Positions 42,880 through 52,418 of a DNA stretch of 56,568 nucleotides are shown one piece after another. The translations under genes and the position numbers were made by a program. Below the pieces are notes generated by a model that made no database searches, was not told the origin of the DNA, and saw only the letters and a list, made by a program, of their open reading frames with translations. Source of the stretch: a virus. The first letter of the stretch is position 1. Every line of letters starts with the position of its first letter. Location: the IMG/VR virus record IMGVR_UViG_3300045988_108312; one strand, 5' to 3'.

Positions 42880-43230
42880 ATGGATAACAGACTTAGAAAA
42901 ATAGAGAATGCCTTGATTGAAATGGGAATCGAGCCTAGTATGCGTGGATTCTACTATATCGTGGAACTGACTGTAGGAAAGATAATAAATCCGACAAAGA
43001 AACTACAGGATATGTATGACGAAATTGCATCTGAACATGGAATTACAGGCGGTTCAGTCCATAAAGTTGTAACACGCACAGTAGAACTTGCGGACTCAAG
43101 AACTCCTACCTACAAAAAGTATATCGGGAGTGAGTTCAAAACGAACAGCGGTTTTGTTTCCCTACTGGCATTCAACATCAGAAGGGAGCTGGAAGATGAA
43201 CAGGATAACGCTATGCGGAAGGATGAATGA
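42880..43230 (+). CDS. Receiver-less Spo0A C-terminal (DNA-binding effector) domain homologue
   Basis: ATG 42880 lies 6 nt after GAGGA. EMGIEPSMRGFYYIVEL / MYDEIASEHGITGGSVHKVVTRTVELA / KTNSGFVSLLAFNIR align with B. subtilis Spo0A EIGVPAHIKGYLYLREA / [27 protein letters not shown] / KPTNSEFIAMVADKLR (from memory). Confidence 0.7.
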   Translation: MDNRLRKIENALIEMGIEPSMRGFYYIVELTVGKIINPTKKLQDMYDEIASEHGITGGSVHKVVTRTVELADSRTPTYKKYIGSEFKTNSGFVSLLAFNIRRELEDEQDNAMRKDE

Positions 43231-43768
43231 AAAACCTAAATACAGCCACACTGTAGGTAAAATCCGATTCTACAGCTTTCAAATGATTGTTAGACGATTA
43301 AGCGGATATGAGGACATTATTCCATGTATCGCAGAACAGGGGATTGCGAATCAGATTCAAAACGGAACAGTACATAAAATAACAGGTGCTATCCATAGTA
43401 GACAGGTGTTTGACGGGAAACGGACGCACTTAGAGTTATTTGTCCATGTAGAATCTATATCAATGGTATTTGAAGCAGATGGAAACCATGTAGAAATAAC
43501 AGGTGTTATTGTAAAAAAACCAGTATTTAGACAGACACAAAGTGGAAGATATATAGCAGAGTTGCTAGTGGTATCTTCACGGAAGAATGGAAAAACGGAT
43601 TGCATACCGTGTATCGTGTGGTCAGTAAATGCTTTATTTGCAAAGAATTTGGAAATAGGGCAGACAGTTACTATAAAAGGAAGATTCCAGTCAAGGCAGT
43701 ATGAGAAAGACGGACGGACTAAGACAGTTTACGAATTGTCTGGGAATGAATTTAAGTTAGGAGAGTGA
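43196..43768 (+). CDS. Tandem OB-fold (SSB/PriB-like x2) protein
   Basis: ATG 43196 after GGGAGCTGGAAG; two repeats of I(T/E)(L/I).G.....P........(R/Y)......(V/L)..........D.IPC... G..V.I.G...SRQ. Confidence 0.55.
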   Translation: MNRITLCGRMNEKPKYSHTVGKIRFYSFQMIVRRLSGYEDIIPCIAEQGIANQIQNGTVHKITGAIHSRQVFDGKRTHLELFVHVESISMVFEADGNHVEITGVIVKKPVFRQTQSGRYIAELLVVSSRKNGKTDCIPCIVWSVNALFAKNLEIGQTVTIKGRFQSRQYEKDGRTKTVYELSGNEFKLGE

Positions 43769-43772
43769 GAAC

Positions 43773-44012
43773 GTGACAGTATATGAATTAATACAGGAAT
43801 TGGCAAAACACAAAGGAGACACAGAAGTCGAATTTCATGTACAAGCTGAATTTTCAACTGATGTAGAAGCTGAATTTGACAGAGAAGACGAAAATAACAC
43901 ACAGGAAGTAACTGTAGATGCTAAATTTGATGAAGATGTTGATTTTTACGAAATTGTTGATTTTAGCAACAACAGATACAACCCGAGAATTGTTATCGAA
44001 TTTGAATATTAG
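43773..44012 (+). CDS. Hypothetical acidic 79-aa protein
   Basis: GTG start after GGAGAGTGAG. Confidence 0.55.
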   Translation: MTVYELIQELAKHKGDTEVEFHVQAEFSTDVEAEFDREDENNTQEVTVDAKFDEDVDFYEIVDFSNNRYNPRIVIEFEY

Positions 44013-44021
44013 GAGATAGAT

Positions 44022-44261
44022 ATGGAAGATTTAATTAAGGCTAAATCCTGCGATACTGTCACTATTTCGCAGGAACGGTATGAGCAGTTAGTTGCTTTAG
44101 AGAGCAGAGTTGATGCGGCGGTTGACTATATCGTTAATACGGACTTTTGCAACATAAAGACCGCATTAAGAATCATGGGATTTTATAAAGAAGCAAACAA
44201 GCAGGCAGAGAAAGAAAAGAAACTGTTTGATTCAGAAGATGCAATGAATTATACAGAGTAG
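44022..44261 (+). CDS. Hypothetical 79-aa protein
   Basis: RBS TAGGAGA. Confidence 0.55.
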   Translation: MEDLIKAKSCDTVTISQERYEQLVALESRVDAAVDYIVNTDFCNIKTALRIMGFYKEANKQAEKEKKLFDSEDAMNYTE

Positions 44262-44273
44262 GGAGAAGTTGGA

Positions 44274-46211
44274 ATGAAAATAAGATTAAAGAAGCTGATT
44301 CTTGAAAATTTCATGATGTATGCACAGGCAGAATTTGATTTCTCGGAACTGACAAGAATTATGGGGAAGAATGGCAAGGGCAAGTCCAGTATAGTAAATG
44401 CCTACACATGGCTTCTTTTTAACTGCGACTACGATTTATCGGATAATCCAGTGGTTAGAAGAACAGTTGACGGAAAGAGCGTAGACGATATGGACACAGC
44501 AGTCACAGCAGTACTGGATATTGACGGTAAGGAAGTTACGGCTAAGAAAATGCAGAAGCGCACATATGGTGAAGCAGTAAAAGATGGTATTGTTGTTGAA
44601 ACCGTAAGCGATACTAACTCATATTACATTAACAGTGTTCCCAAAACATTAAAGGCATTTAATGAGTACTTTGATGTAAATATGAAGCTGTTTAAAATGT
44701 GTAGCAATATCAATGCTTTTATTAACCAGAAACCTACTGAAATGAGAGAATTTTTGTTCCAATTTGTCAGTAAAATATCAGACATTGATTTTGCAAGTAG
44801 TAATTCTGAATTACATGAACTTGTTCCTTTGCTTGAAAAATACAAAGCAGATGAAATTCGGGCTATGAATCAGAAAGTAAAGAGTGATTACAACACAAAT
44901 TCTAAAATTTTGGACGGTCAAATTAAGGAAAAGGAAAGAGATATTCAGATTAAATCCGACATTGACACAGCAGAAATTGTCTTACAAAAAAATGCATTAC
45001 AAGAACAGCTTGAACAGAACCTTTACAAGCAGAATGGGAATGAAAACTTACTGGCAGAGTATGATAAGGCTACACAGGATATCATGCAGTTGCAAATGAA
45101 GCTTTCTGAAATGCAGAATACGGCTAATAGTGAGTTAGAATCTCAAAGGGCAGAACTTAGGGCAACCATGATGAATAAGAGATTTACAATCAACTGTCTG
45201 AAACACAGTATTAGGATTGCAGAGAATGAAATTTCCAACAGCAATAAGAAGATTACAGAATTGACAGAGGAAAAGACAAGACTGCGGAATGCATGGAAAA
45301 CGGTCAATGCAGAGAAATTTGACTCCAATACAGCTATTTGTCCGACTTGTCACAGAGAGTTGCCGGAAGAAGATGTTAAGAATCTCATGGAAACCTTTGA
45401 AAAGTCAAAAACTGATAGAATCGGTAAAATTGAGACGGACGGATTCAAGGTTAAAGGAGAAATCGAAAAAGAACAGAAGTTATTAAAAGATAAAGAACAG
45501 TTGTTATCTGATTTAAACGAAAATTTGAACACTGTAAATAAAGAATACGCAGAAATGACTGCAAAGTTAGAGTCTATCCCGCAGTATGTTGATATCCACG
45601 ACAGGGAAGATTATAAGTCTGTACAGGCTGAAATCGTCCGTAAGGAAGAATTATTGAAGCAGTCAACGTCACTGTCAGATATCAAGAAATCTTTAAAGAT
45701 GGAAGAATCTGAAATCAGAGCGCAGTTAGCAGAGGTTGAAAAGAAAATAGCTTCTACAAACACGGAATCTGATGAAGCAAGACTGGAAGAACTTAGAAAT
45801 CAGAAAACAGACTTGGAACAGGCGAAAACGGATGCAGAGAAAATACTTGCCCTGTTAGACCAGTTAGACAGAGCAAAGAATGAAGCCTTGACAGATTCGG
45901 TCAATAGCCACTTCTCATTAGTTAAATGGCAGTTGTTTGACACGGCTAAGAACGGTAATTATAAATCCGTTTGCATACCTACTGTAGAGGGTAAATCAAT
46001 TCTTACCACCATGAGCAACAAGGGCAACAGGATTTTGGGAAGAGTGGATATCTGCAATTCAATTCAGAAAATGTGTGGAATCAGCACACCAGTGTTCCTT
46101 GATGATTCGGAGTCACTTGACGATGATAACCAGGCAAAGGTTGCTGAAATGGTTGATTCACAGTTGATTATGCTGATTGTAAATGAAAATGAGAGGTTAG
46201 AGGTGGTTTAA
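44274..46211 (+). CDS. SMC/Rad50/SbcC-like AAA ATPase with coiled coil and a CxxC hook
   Basis: N-terminal Walker A GKNGKGKSS, long coiled coil, CPTCHREL, C-terminal Walker B-like VFLDDSESLD. Confidence 0.85.
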   Translation: MKIRLKKLILENFMMYAQAEFDFSELTRIMGKNGKGKSSIVNAYTWLLFNCDYDLSDNPVVRRTVDGKSVDDMDTAVTAVLDIDGKEVTAKKMQKRTYGEAVKDGIVVETVSDTNSYYINSVPKTLKAFNEYFDVNMKLFKMCSNINAFINQKPTEMREFLFQFVSKISDIDFASSNSELHELVPLLEKYKADEIRAMNQKVKSDYNTNSKILDGQIKEKERDIQIKSDIDTAEIVLQKNALQEQLEQNLYKQNGNENLLAEYDKATQDIMQLQMKLSEMQNTANSELESQRAELRATMMNKRFTINCLKHSIRIAENEISNSNKKITELTEEKTRLRNAWKTVNAEKFDSNTAICPTCHRELPEEDVKNLMETFEKSKTDRIGKIETDGFKVKGEIEKEQKLLKDKEQLLSDLNENLNTVNKEYAEMTAKLESIPQYVDIHDREDYKSVQAEIVRKEELLKQSTSLSDIKKSLKMEESEIRAQLAEVEKKIASTNTESDEARLEELRNQKTDLEQAKTDAEKILALLDQLDRAKNEALTDSVNSHFSLVKWQLFDTAKNGNYKSVCIPTVEGKSILTTMSNKGNRILGRVDICNSIQKMCGISTPVFLDDSESLDDDNQAKVAEMVDSQLIMLIVNENERLEVV

Positions 46212-46637
46212 ATGGAAAGACTTACAGACAGCAAAAGAAATTCTGACGGTACAGCATCTTCTAAAGAATCACTTATAGACATAGAGCATGACAGACCTAG
46301 TGCGTATTGTGGTGAGATTCTTACCAAACTGGCAGATTATGAGGACTTAGAGGAACAGGGCAGACTGTTAGCTCTTCCATGCAAAATTGGAGACAGGCTG
46401 TATTGGATTGATGATGAGGACGATGACGGAAACAAAGGACTTTGCATTAAACAGTACAATGAGGACGAAAAAGTACAAGCTATTGGAATTGACAAAGACG
46501 GTGACATTTTTGTAATGCTTGGAATTGATGAATTTTTTACAGCTCCAGATACAATCGGTTCTCAATATGCACTTCTCACACTGGAAGATGCAAATAAGAT
46601 GTTAGCAGAAATGAAGAAGAATGAAAGTGAGGAATAA
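46212..46637 (+). CDS. Hypothetical 141-aa protein
   Basis: Abuts flanking genes; KLADYEDLEEQGRLLALPCKIGD motif common in phage early genes (from memory). Confidence 0.6.
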   Translation: MERLTDSKRNSDGTASSKESLIDIEHDRPSAYCGEILTKLADYEDLEEQGRLLALPCKIGDRLYWIDDEDDDGNKGLCIKQYNEDEKVQAIGIDKDGDIFVMLGIDEFFTAPDTIGSQYALLTLEDANKMLAEMKKNESEE

Positions 46638-46639
46638 TT

Positions 46640-47647
46640 ATGGCAGATACAAAGCAGGCATTAGCAGAAAAAAAAGAATTTACAACATCATTAAGCCAGT
46701 GGTCGAATGAAATCACAGGACTTATTGCAAGAGATTATGAATCATGTGGGGTAAAATTTGATGATTACGCAAAAAAATGCGCAATGGAAGCTATGACAAG
46801 CATTTATACACTTGTTAAGAATGATGATAAGGCAGACATGAGGAGCATTGATACAAGCAACCTTAGACAGATTGTAGAGCAGTGTGCAAGCCTTAAACTG
46901 AATGCGAGCGCATATCCGAGAGAGTGTTACTTCCAGTTACGAAGCGTTAAGCAAGGTAATGAATGGGTAAAAGTTGTTGAAATGGGTATCGAGGGAACAG
47001 GCTATGACTCATTGCTTTCCAACTACGGAAAAGACGTTGACAAGGTTTATCCGTTTTGGGTCATAAAAGAAGGAGACGAATATATACCGCCCAAGCATAA
47101 AGGGCTGGAAGTTACGCCGCCAGAGTGGGAAGAAAAAGGATTGTCAAGTAAGGCTGTAAGAGTTGTATATCCTGTAAAACTTACAGACGGAACAGTAACA
47201 TACCTTATGGCAGACAGAGACAGCGTTAAGGTCAACCTTTTAGCACACGTCAAGCAAAACATGATGAATGCCACTTTTGGTATCTGTGAGGATAGATACA
47301 AAGCAACTCCTAAGCAGAAAGAGGAAATCAAGGCTAAGAAAAATGAAATCTTGGATGCTTTAAGAGCGTGTGCGACAGTGGATGATATGTTGCAGTGTGA
47401 AGTAGCCAGACCATATATCAGCGGTGCATGGCTTGACACGCCAGAAAGCATGATTCAGAGGAAGATGTGTAACAATGCAACACGTAAATATCCTAAGAAT
47501 TATGACCCTATGGCAAGACAGGCGCAGATTGAAATGGACAAAGTTTATCAGTTGGCACAGGAAGATATCGCCGAGAACGCTAATTCAGTAGACTTTGACG
47601 AAGCTATAGAAGCACAGGCAACGGAGGTACAGGATGAGAGTAATTAG
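46640..47647 (+). CDS. RecT-like single-strand annealing protein (putative)
   Basis: 335 aa; context with the ATPase, MBL hydrolase and SSB; pattern SLKLNASAYPRECYFQLR...VEMGIEGTGYDSL...VIKEGDEY. Confidence 0.55.
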   Translation: MADTKQALAEKKEFTTSLSQWSNEITGLIARDYESCGVKFDDYAKKCAMEAMTSIYTLVKNDDKADMRSIDTSNLRQIVEQCASLKLNASAYPRECYFQLRSVKQGNEWVKVVEMGIEGTGYDSLLSNYGKDVDKVYPFWVIKEGDEYIPPKHKGLEVTPPEWEEKGLSSKAVRVVYPVKLTDGTVTYLMADRDSVKVNLLAHVKQNMMNATFGICEDRYKATPKQKEEIKAKKNEILDALRACATVDDMLQCEVARPYISGAWLDTPESMIQRKMCNNATRKYPKNYDPMARQAQIEMDKVYQLAQEDIAENANSVDFDEAIEAQATEVQDESN

Positions 47648-48008
47648 TCAGGACGGAACAATAGATATTCCTTATGATTCTGTTACTTTAGAAGAATCAT
47701 ATGTTGGAATATATGGAGATGGATTAGACAGATGGGAGATCGTAGCATACTTTGCTTTACATGAGAGACCTAAATATATAGCACTTTATAGTTCGGAGGA
47801 AAAAGCAAAGAAAGCTATGGAAATGCTTAGAGATGCATATATCGGTATGCCTATCGTAATGCAGAATGTTGATATTTCGGAAGATGCGGCGAAGGAATTT
47901 GAAAGATTAAAGAAATGCGGTATTGTGGTGCAAGCAGATAATCAACCGTCAAAAGTAGAATATATTAACAATGCTGTTTTCCAGTTTCCAGAAGATAGTG
48001 AGGTGTAA
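47634..48008 (+). CDS. Hypothetical 124-aa protein (paralogue of 14859..15143)
   Basis: Shared N-terminus MR(I/V)ISQ and the Y..(P/E)E(R/K)A(R/K) helix. Confidence 0.6.
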   Translation: MRVISQDGTIDIPYDSVTLEESYVGIYGDGLDRWEIVAYFALHERPKYIALYSSEEKAKKAMEMLRDAYIGMPIVMQNVDISEDAAKEFERLKKCGIVVQADNQPSKVEYINNAVFQFPEDSEV

Positions 48009-48011
48009 ATC

Positions 48012-48662
48012 ATGAGTGAAAAATATTTGAGTATCATAACAAATTTTGGATGCCACGGGAAATGCCCATATTGCATTACCAAAACAAACAATATAGCAGT
48101 TCCCAAAACTACTATTGATGGATTGAAAAATTTGTATGGATATTTGCATCCTGTAAAGAAATACAATATAGTTTCTGTTTCTGGCGGCGGCGACCCTTTA
48201 TTCCAATATGAAAAAAACGTTGAGTGGTACAGAACTTTATTTAAGATTTTGGACGGTATTCCACTTGAAATGCATACAAGCTACATGACAGATGAAACTA
48301 CATTCCCTTTTTATGATTGCAAAAGAGTCGTATATCATCCGAACAGTTTTTCACAGTTACAGCATATTCACAGGACTGGTAACGAAAAGGTTAGAGTAGT
48401 CTATGTAGTAACAGAAGACTTTACGTTTGAAACGATAATGAACATAGCCTTGTTTGTGTCACAAAGCAAAGATATTGACGAATTGAGTTTTAGACAACTC
48501 GTAAAACCAGATTATGAGACTACAGATTACTGGCAAGATTTTCTTGAATTAGGTCACGAGAAACTCTGGTATTACATCAAACAGTGCGATTACAACGACT
48601 ATTATGCGGAGAATAAAATCTATTATCGGTTTTCAGATATTGGGAAAGAGGTTGAATCATGA
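48012..48662 (+). CDS. Small radical-SAM enzyme (orphan)
   Basis: CHGKCPYC = Cx3Cx2C cluster motif at residues 14-21; VSVSGGGDPL = SAM-binding GGE/D-P motif. Confidence 0.7.
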   Translation: MSEKYLSIITNFGCHGKCPYCITKTNNIAVPKTTIDGLKNLYGYLHPVKKYNIVSVSGGGDPLFQYEKNVEWYRTLFKILDGIPLEMHTSYMTDETTFPFYDCKRVVYHPNSFSQLQHIHRTGNEKVRVVYVVTEDFTFETIMNIALFVSQSKDIDELSFRQLVKPDYETTDYWQDFLELGHEKLWYYIKQCDYNDYYAENKIYYRFSDIGKEVES

Positions 48663-49351
48663 GATTACGCTGTCTAGCATCAGGCAGTAGCGGTAACTGC
48701 TACATACTAACAAATTCCAACTGTAAATCCCTTATTCTTGACTCTGGTGTATTGATTATGGATATCAAGAGAGGACTGGACTGGAACATCAGAAATGTGG
48801 TTGGGTGTGTGGTTTCACACATCCATAAAGACCACAGCAAAAGCGCAGACGCAATAGAAAAAATAGGTATTCCAGTATGGAAACCATACGAAGAAGAAAA
48901 TCCGAAGATGCAGAAATACGACAGTTTCACAATCCAGTGTTTCCAGTTGCCACATAACGGAACTACCAATTACGGATTTTACATCAAGGCAGACGGACAG
49001 AAGCTATTATACATGACAGACATGGAGTATTGTCCTTACAGTTTTAGGAAACAGGCGGTAGATCACATGCTGATTGAGTGCAACTACATAGCGGATATGG
49101 TGGACAGGGATATCCCAAATTACGAACATAAGATTCTAGGGCATTGCGAATTGGAAACTTGCAAAGGTATTGTAGAAACCAATAAGTCAGATGCATTGCA
49201 GAACGTCATATTGTGCCACACAGCGAAAGAAACTTGCGATAAGGATAGAATTATTGAAGAGATTCGTAAAATCGTTCCTAGTGCAAATGTGAGCGTTGCA
49301 CAGGGCGGTATGGAATGGGAACTTAGAAATGCGGATGAATGTCCGTTTTAG
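48659..49351 (+). CDS. Metallo-beta-lactamase-fold hydrolase (putative recombination exonuclease)
   Basis: SGSSGNCYIL...LDSG...VVSHIHKDH (HxHxDH). Confidence 0.8.
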   Translation: MRLRCLASGSSGNCYILTNSNCKSLILDSGVLIMDIKRGLDWNIRNVVGCVVSHIHKDHSKSADAIEKIGIPVWKPYEEENPKMQKYDSFTIQCFQLPHNGTTNYGFYIKADGQKLLYMTDMEYCPYSFRKQAVDHMLIECNYIADMVDRDIPNYEHKILGHCELETCKGIVETNKSDALQNVILCHTAKETCDKDRIIEEIRKIVPSANVSVAQGGMEWELRNADECPF

Positions 49352-49373
49352 GAGAAAGTGATGGATTAAGTCA

Positions 49374-49688
49374 ATGAAATTGTATTTTTATATACTGGAA
49401 GAACCATATAATGGTAAACCATTTATTCAGTTTGAAGAGTGTGAAGCTGACGAGAAACCTAAGACTTATTGGTTGCATGTACGCCCTATAGGTTTTTATT
49501 GGAAAAAAATAAGTAAAGAAAATATTGGTAAACGAATCGAGAACGCTGTTATATTGCTTGAAAAAGATGATTTTCTTGCTAGAAGTATTTTCGCTGAATC
49601 AATTAATAAAAAAATATCTGATGAAGAAAAACAGGTGAAATGGTTAAGAGAACAGTTAGAAGTAGTAGAGAAAGGAGAAATACAGTGA
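49374..49688 (+). CDS. Hypothetical 104-aa protein
   Basis: ORF track; operon packing. Confidence 0.55.
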   Translation: MKLYFYILEEPYNGKPFIQFEECEADEKPKTYWLHVRPIGFYWKKISKENIGKRIENAVILLEKDDFLARSIFAESINKKISDEEKQVKWLREQLEVVEKGEIQ

Positions 49689-50092
49689 ACAGTGTAGATA
49701 TATCAGGAAGAATGACAAGAGATCCAGAAGTAAGGTATGCGGCAGATAAGCCATTTGCAAAATTCTGCCTTGCAGTAAATCGCAGATTCAAACAGGACGG
49801 ACAGGCAAATGCAGATTTTATTAACTGCGTGGCGTTTGGTAAAACTGCTGAATTTATCGAAAAATACGGTCGCAAGGGCGTTAAGTTTGAAATTCATGGT
49901 CGTTGGCAGACTGGAAGCTATAAGAACAAGGACGGTCAGACGGTATACACAAATGACTGCCTTGTTGAGCAGATAGAGTTTTCAGAGAGTAAAAGCAGTA
50001 ACAGCGGTGGTAATGATAGTCCGAGTACGCAGGAGAATGACGGATTTATGAATATACCGGACGGAATAGACGAAGAGTTACCATTTAATTAG
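49685..50092 (+). CDS. ssb: Single-stranded DNA-binding protein
   Basis: GTG 49685 after AAAGGAGAAATACA; OB-fold ISGRMTRDPEVRY...NCVAFGKTAEF...GRWQTGSYKNKDGQTVYT and the acidic tip DGIDEELPF. Confidence 0.85.
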   Translation: MNSVDISGRMTRDPEVRYAADKPFAKFCLAVNRRFKQDGQANADFINCVAFGKTAEFIEKYGRKGVKFEIHGRWQTGSYKNKDGQTVYTNDCLVEQIEFSESKSSNSGGNDSPSTQENDGFMNIPDGIDEELPFN

Positions 50093-50097
50093 GGAGT

Positions 50098-50709
50098 GTG
50101 ATTTATTTGAGTAAAGCAGATTTTTCAAATGCACGACAACGGTATGCAATCGAGCAGAAGAACCGTAAAAAGCTATTACAGGTAAATCCGAACCTTGATG
50201 ATAACAGCGGTATTTATTTTCTGACCAGAGTTGATGAAAACGGCTTTCGATACGCTTATATCGGGCAGGCGGTACATATTTTGCAGAGATTAGCAGGACA
50301 CCTTGTAGGATATCAGCATATAGACCTTAGTCTAAAAAAACATGGGTTATACGCTGATGATAACCATCACGGTTGGAAAATCGGGTTTCTGAATTTTCCA
50401 ATATCAGAACTGGATAAGCAGGAACAGCACTATATTAAAGCCTATGCCGATTATGGCTATCAGTTGCGTAACAAGACAAGCGGTAGCCAGGGAGAGGGAA
50501 AAGCACAGATTGATGAATACCGACCACAAAAAGGCTATCGTGACGGCATCAAACAGGGCAGAAAGAACCTTGCAAGGGAATTATCCAGTATTGCAGATAA
50601 GCACCTTACGATATCTGTCAGAGCGGATAAGCAGGGTAATAAGGTATCGGAAAAGCAGTTTGAGAAATTTAAGAAATTGTTGAAAGAGGGTGAAAGCGAT
50701 GGAGATTGA
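50098..50709 (+). CDS. GIY-YIG family nuclease
   Basis: SGIYFLTRVDENGFRYAYIGQAVHILQRLAGH (GIY...YIG...R), later E and N motifs; start is GTG 50098 or TTG 50107. Confidence 0.65.
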   Translation: MIYLSKADFSNARQRYAIEQKNRKKLLQVNPNLDDNSGIYFLTRVDENGFRYAYIGQAVHILQRLAGHLVGYQHIDLSLKKHGLYADDNHHGWKIGFLNFPISELDKQEQHYIKAYADYGYQLRNKTSGSQGEGKAQIDEYRPQKGYRDGIKQGRKNLARELSSIADKHLTISVRADKQGNKVSEKQFEKFKKLLKEGESDGD

Positions 50710-50938
50710 AACTATTGATATTGAAGTTCAGGATTATGTCAAGAAGCTCGTGAACGTAGTTGCTAAGACAATGGTTGATTCATTTGAAAATCTGACTATT
50801 GAAGATGTAAATATGTTTAAGTTGGGCTATAACAAGGCTGTTGATGACACTATAAAAGCTATCAAGGAAGAATATGCTTTCACAATCTTAGAAGAAGAAA
50901 AGATTGACGAGATAGCAAAACGGTTAAAGGAGTGTTGA
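50699..50938 (+). CDS. Hypothetical 79-aa protein
   Basis: ATG 50699 lies 5 nt after AGAGGGTGA. Confidence 0.55.
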   Translation: MEIETIDIEVQDYVKKLVNVVAKTMVDSFENLTIEDVNMFKLGYNKAVDDTIKAIKEEYAFTILEEEKIDEIAKRLKEC

Positions 50939-50943
50939 CAAAA

Positions 50944-51165
50944 ATGGACATTCTTAACGAAATTATTTCTCTTTTGAAGAGAAATTTTCCAGAACGTATA
51001 CAGATGTTTAGCAATAGAGGTATTTTTCATGATGAAAAACTCACGATCTATCAAAAAGATGGAGTTATTGTAGATTGGTGTCCTTATTATGAATACGTAG
51101 AAATTTTAGGATTACCAAAAAGAGATTTTGAAATAATAGAAAGAGAATGTGGAGACAACGAATAG
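50944..51165 (+). CDS. Hypothetical 73-aa protein
   Basis: ATG 50944 lies 8 nt after AAGGAGTG. Confidence 0.55.
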   Translation: MDILNEIISLLKRNFPERIQMFSNRGIFHDEKLTIYQKDGVIVDWCPYYEYVEILGLPKRDFEIIERECGDNE

Positions 51166-51182
51166 GAAAAGGAGCGTTGAAA

Positions 51183-51323
51183 ATGTACAATAAATTTCAA
51201 CAGGTTTACGACTACTATTGTAGAGTATTCAGAAAAATTCAATTAGATACAGGAACACCACCAAAGAAATACGGTCAGATGATTTCTTACAAGAAAGGAA
51301 AAGGCAAAAAATATGGAAGATAG
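51183..51323 (+). CDS. Hypothetical basic 46-aa protein
   Basis: RBS AAAGGAG; below the track cutoff. Confidence 0.45.
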   Translation: MYNKFQQVYDYYCRVFRKIQLDTGTPPKKYGQMISYKKGKGKKYGR

Positions 51324-51780
51324 ATATCTGTATAAAGCTAAGACAACTCCAAAAGAAAAAGGAGAATTTAACAATGTTTGGGTTACTGGAAATCTTATTG
51401 TTTCCAATGGAAAGTATTACATACATCCTGTGGGCAATGTTGTAAATGTTAAGAATGAGATCGGAAGAATAATTGTGATGCACGAAGTAATTCCAGATAC
51501 AATCTGCCAATGCACAGGATTAAAGGACAAGAACGGCAATCTGATCTGGGAAAATGACATTATTCACAAACAATTCTATATAGATTATGACGCTTATGCT
51601 AATTCAGAAGCATATACTGGGCGTATTCAGTATGAATATGGCGGTTGGTCTGTAGAAATTACAAAGTCTGATGGAAGTGTATGTGTATCACCTATTATTG
51701 AGATGATTGCTTATTCAAAAGATATAGAACATTTTGAGGTTATCGGCAACATATTTGACAATCCAGAACTTTTGCAATAA
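51313..51780 (+). CDS. YopX family protein
   Basis: ICQCTGLKDKNGNLIWENDII...EVIGNIFDNPELL. Confidence 0.8.
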   Translation: MEDRYLYKAKTTPKEKGEFNNVWVTGNLIVSNGKYYIHPVGNVVNVKNEIGRIIVMHEVIPDTICQCTGLKDKNGNLIWENDIIHKQFYIDYDAYANSEAYTGRIQYEYGGWSVEITKSDGSVCVSPIIEMIAYSKDIEHFEVIGNIFDNPELLQ

Positions 51781-51807
51781 TTAAGACAAAGAACTTGAAG
51801 TAAGGAA

Positions 51808-52299
51808 GTGATTAGTACGGCAGAACGCAGGATGTTTGCTAAGAAGATAACTGAAAGTGATGCATTTTTAGAGATGCCAAGTAGTACGCAGATGCTTTAC
51901 TTTCATTTATCCATGAACGCTGATGATGACGGATTTGTCAACAATCCGAAGAAGATTCAACGAATGTGCGGTGCTTCTGATGATGATTTTAGATTGTTGA
52001 TTGCTAAGTCATTCGTACTGACATTTGACAGTGGAATCATAGTGATAAAACATTGGAAAATGCACAACTACATACAATCTGACAGATACGTGCCAACTGA
52101 TTACACGGATGAAAAATCCATGTTGGGTTTGAAAAAGAATAAGGCATACACGTTTGATGAATCTAAAATGGTTACAAGGTGCATACAGGATTCCAAGAAT
52201 AAAGAGAAAAAGACTGCTTATAACAGGAACAGCTTTAATCATAAAGAACAAAATAATTACGATTATGGCAAGATAGAGAAAGGCTTGGGAATAACATGA
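51808..52299 (+). CDS. Replication-initiator / replisome-organiser-like winged-helix protein (putative)
   Basis: ITESDAFLEMPSSTQMLYFHLSMNADDDGFVNNPKKIQRMCGASDDDFRLLIAKSFVLTFDSGIIVIKHWKMHNYI resembles Firmicute phage replication proteins (from memory). Confidence 0.45.
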   Translation: MISTAERRMFAKKITESDAFLEMPSSTQMLYFHLSMNADDDGFVNNPKKIQRMCGASDDDFRLLIAKSFVLTFDSGIIVIKHWKMHNYIQSDRYVPTDYTDEKSMLGLKKNKAYTFDESKMVTRCIQDSKNKEKKTAYNRNSFNHKEQNNYDYGKIEKGLGIT

Positions 52300-52418
52300 A
52301 TCTGAATGATTTACCTGTTGGCACACCTACAAATGTGATTACGCGTATAAGGTTGGAAAATGCAGAGGTTGTGATTTAACTGAATGTACAGCATGGGCGG
52401 TCAGAAAGAGGGGGAAGC

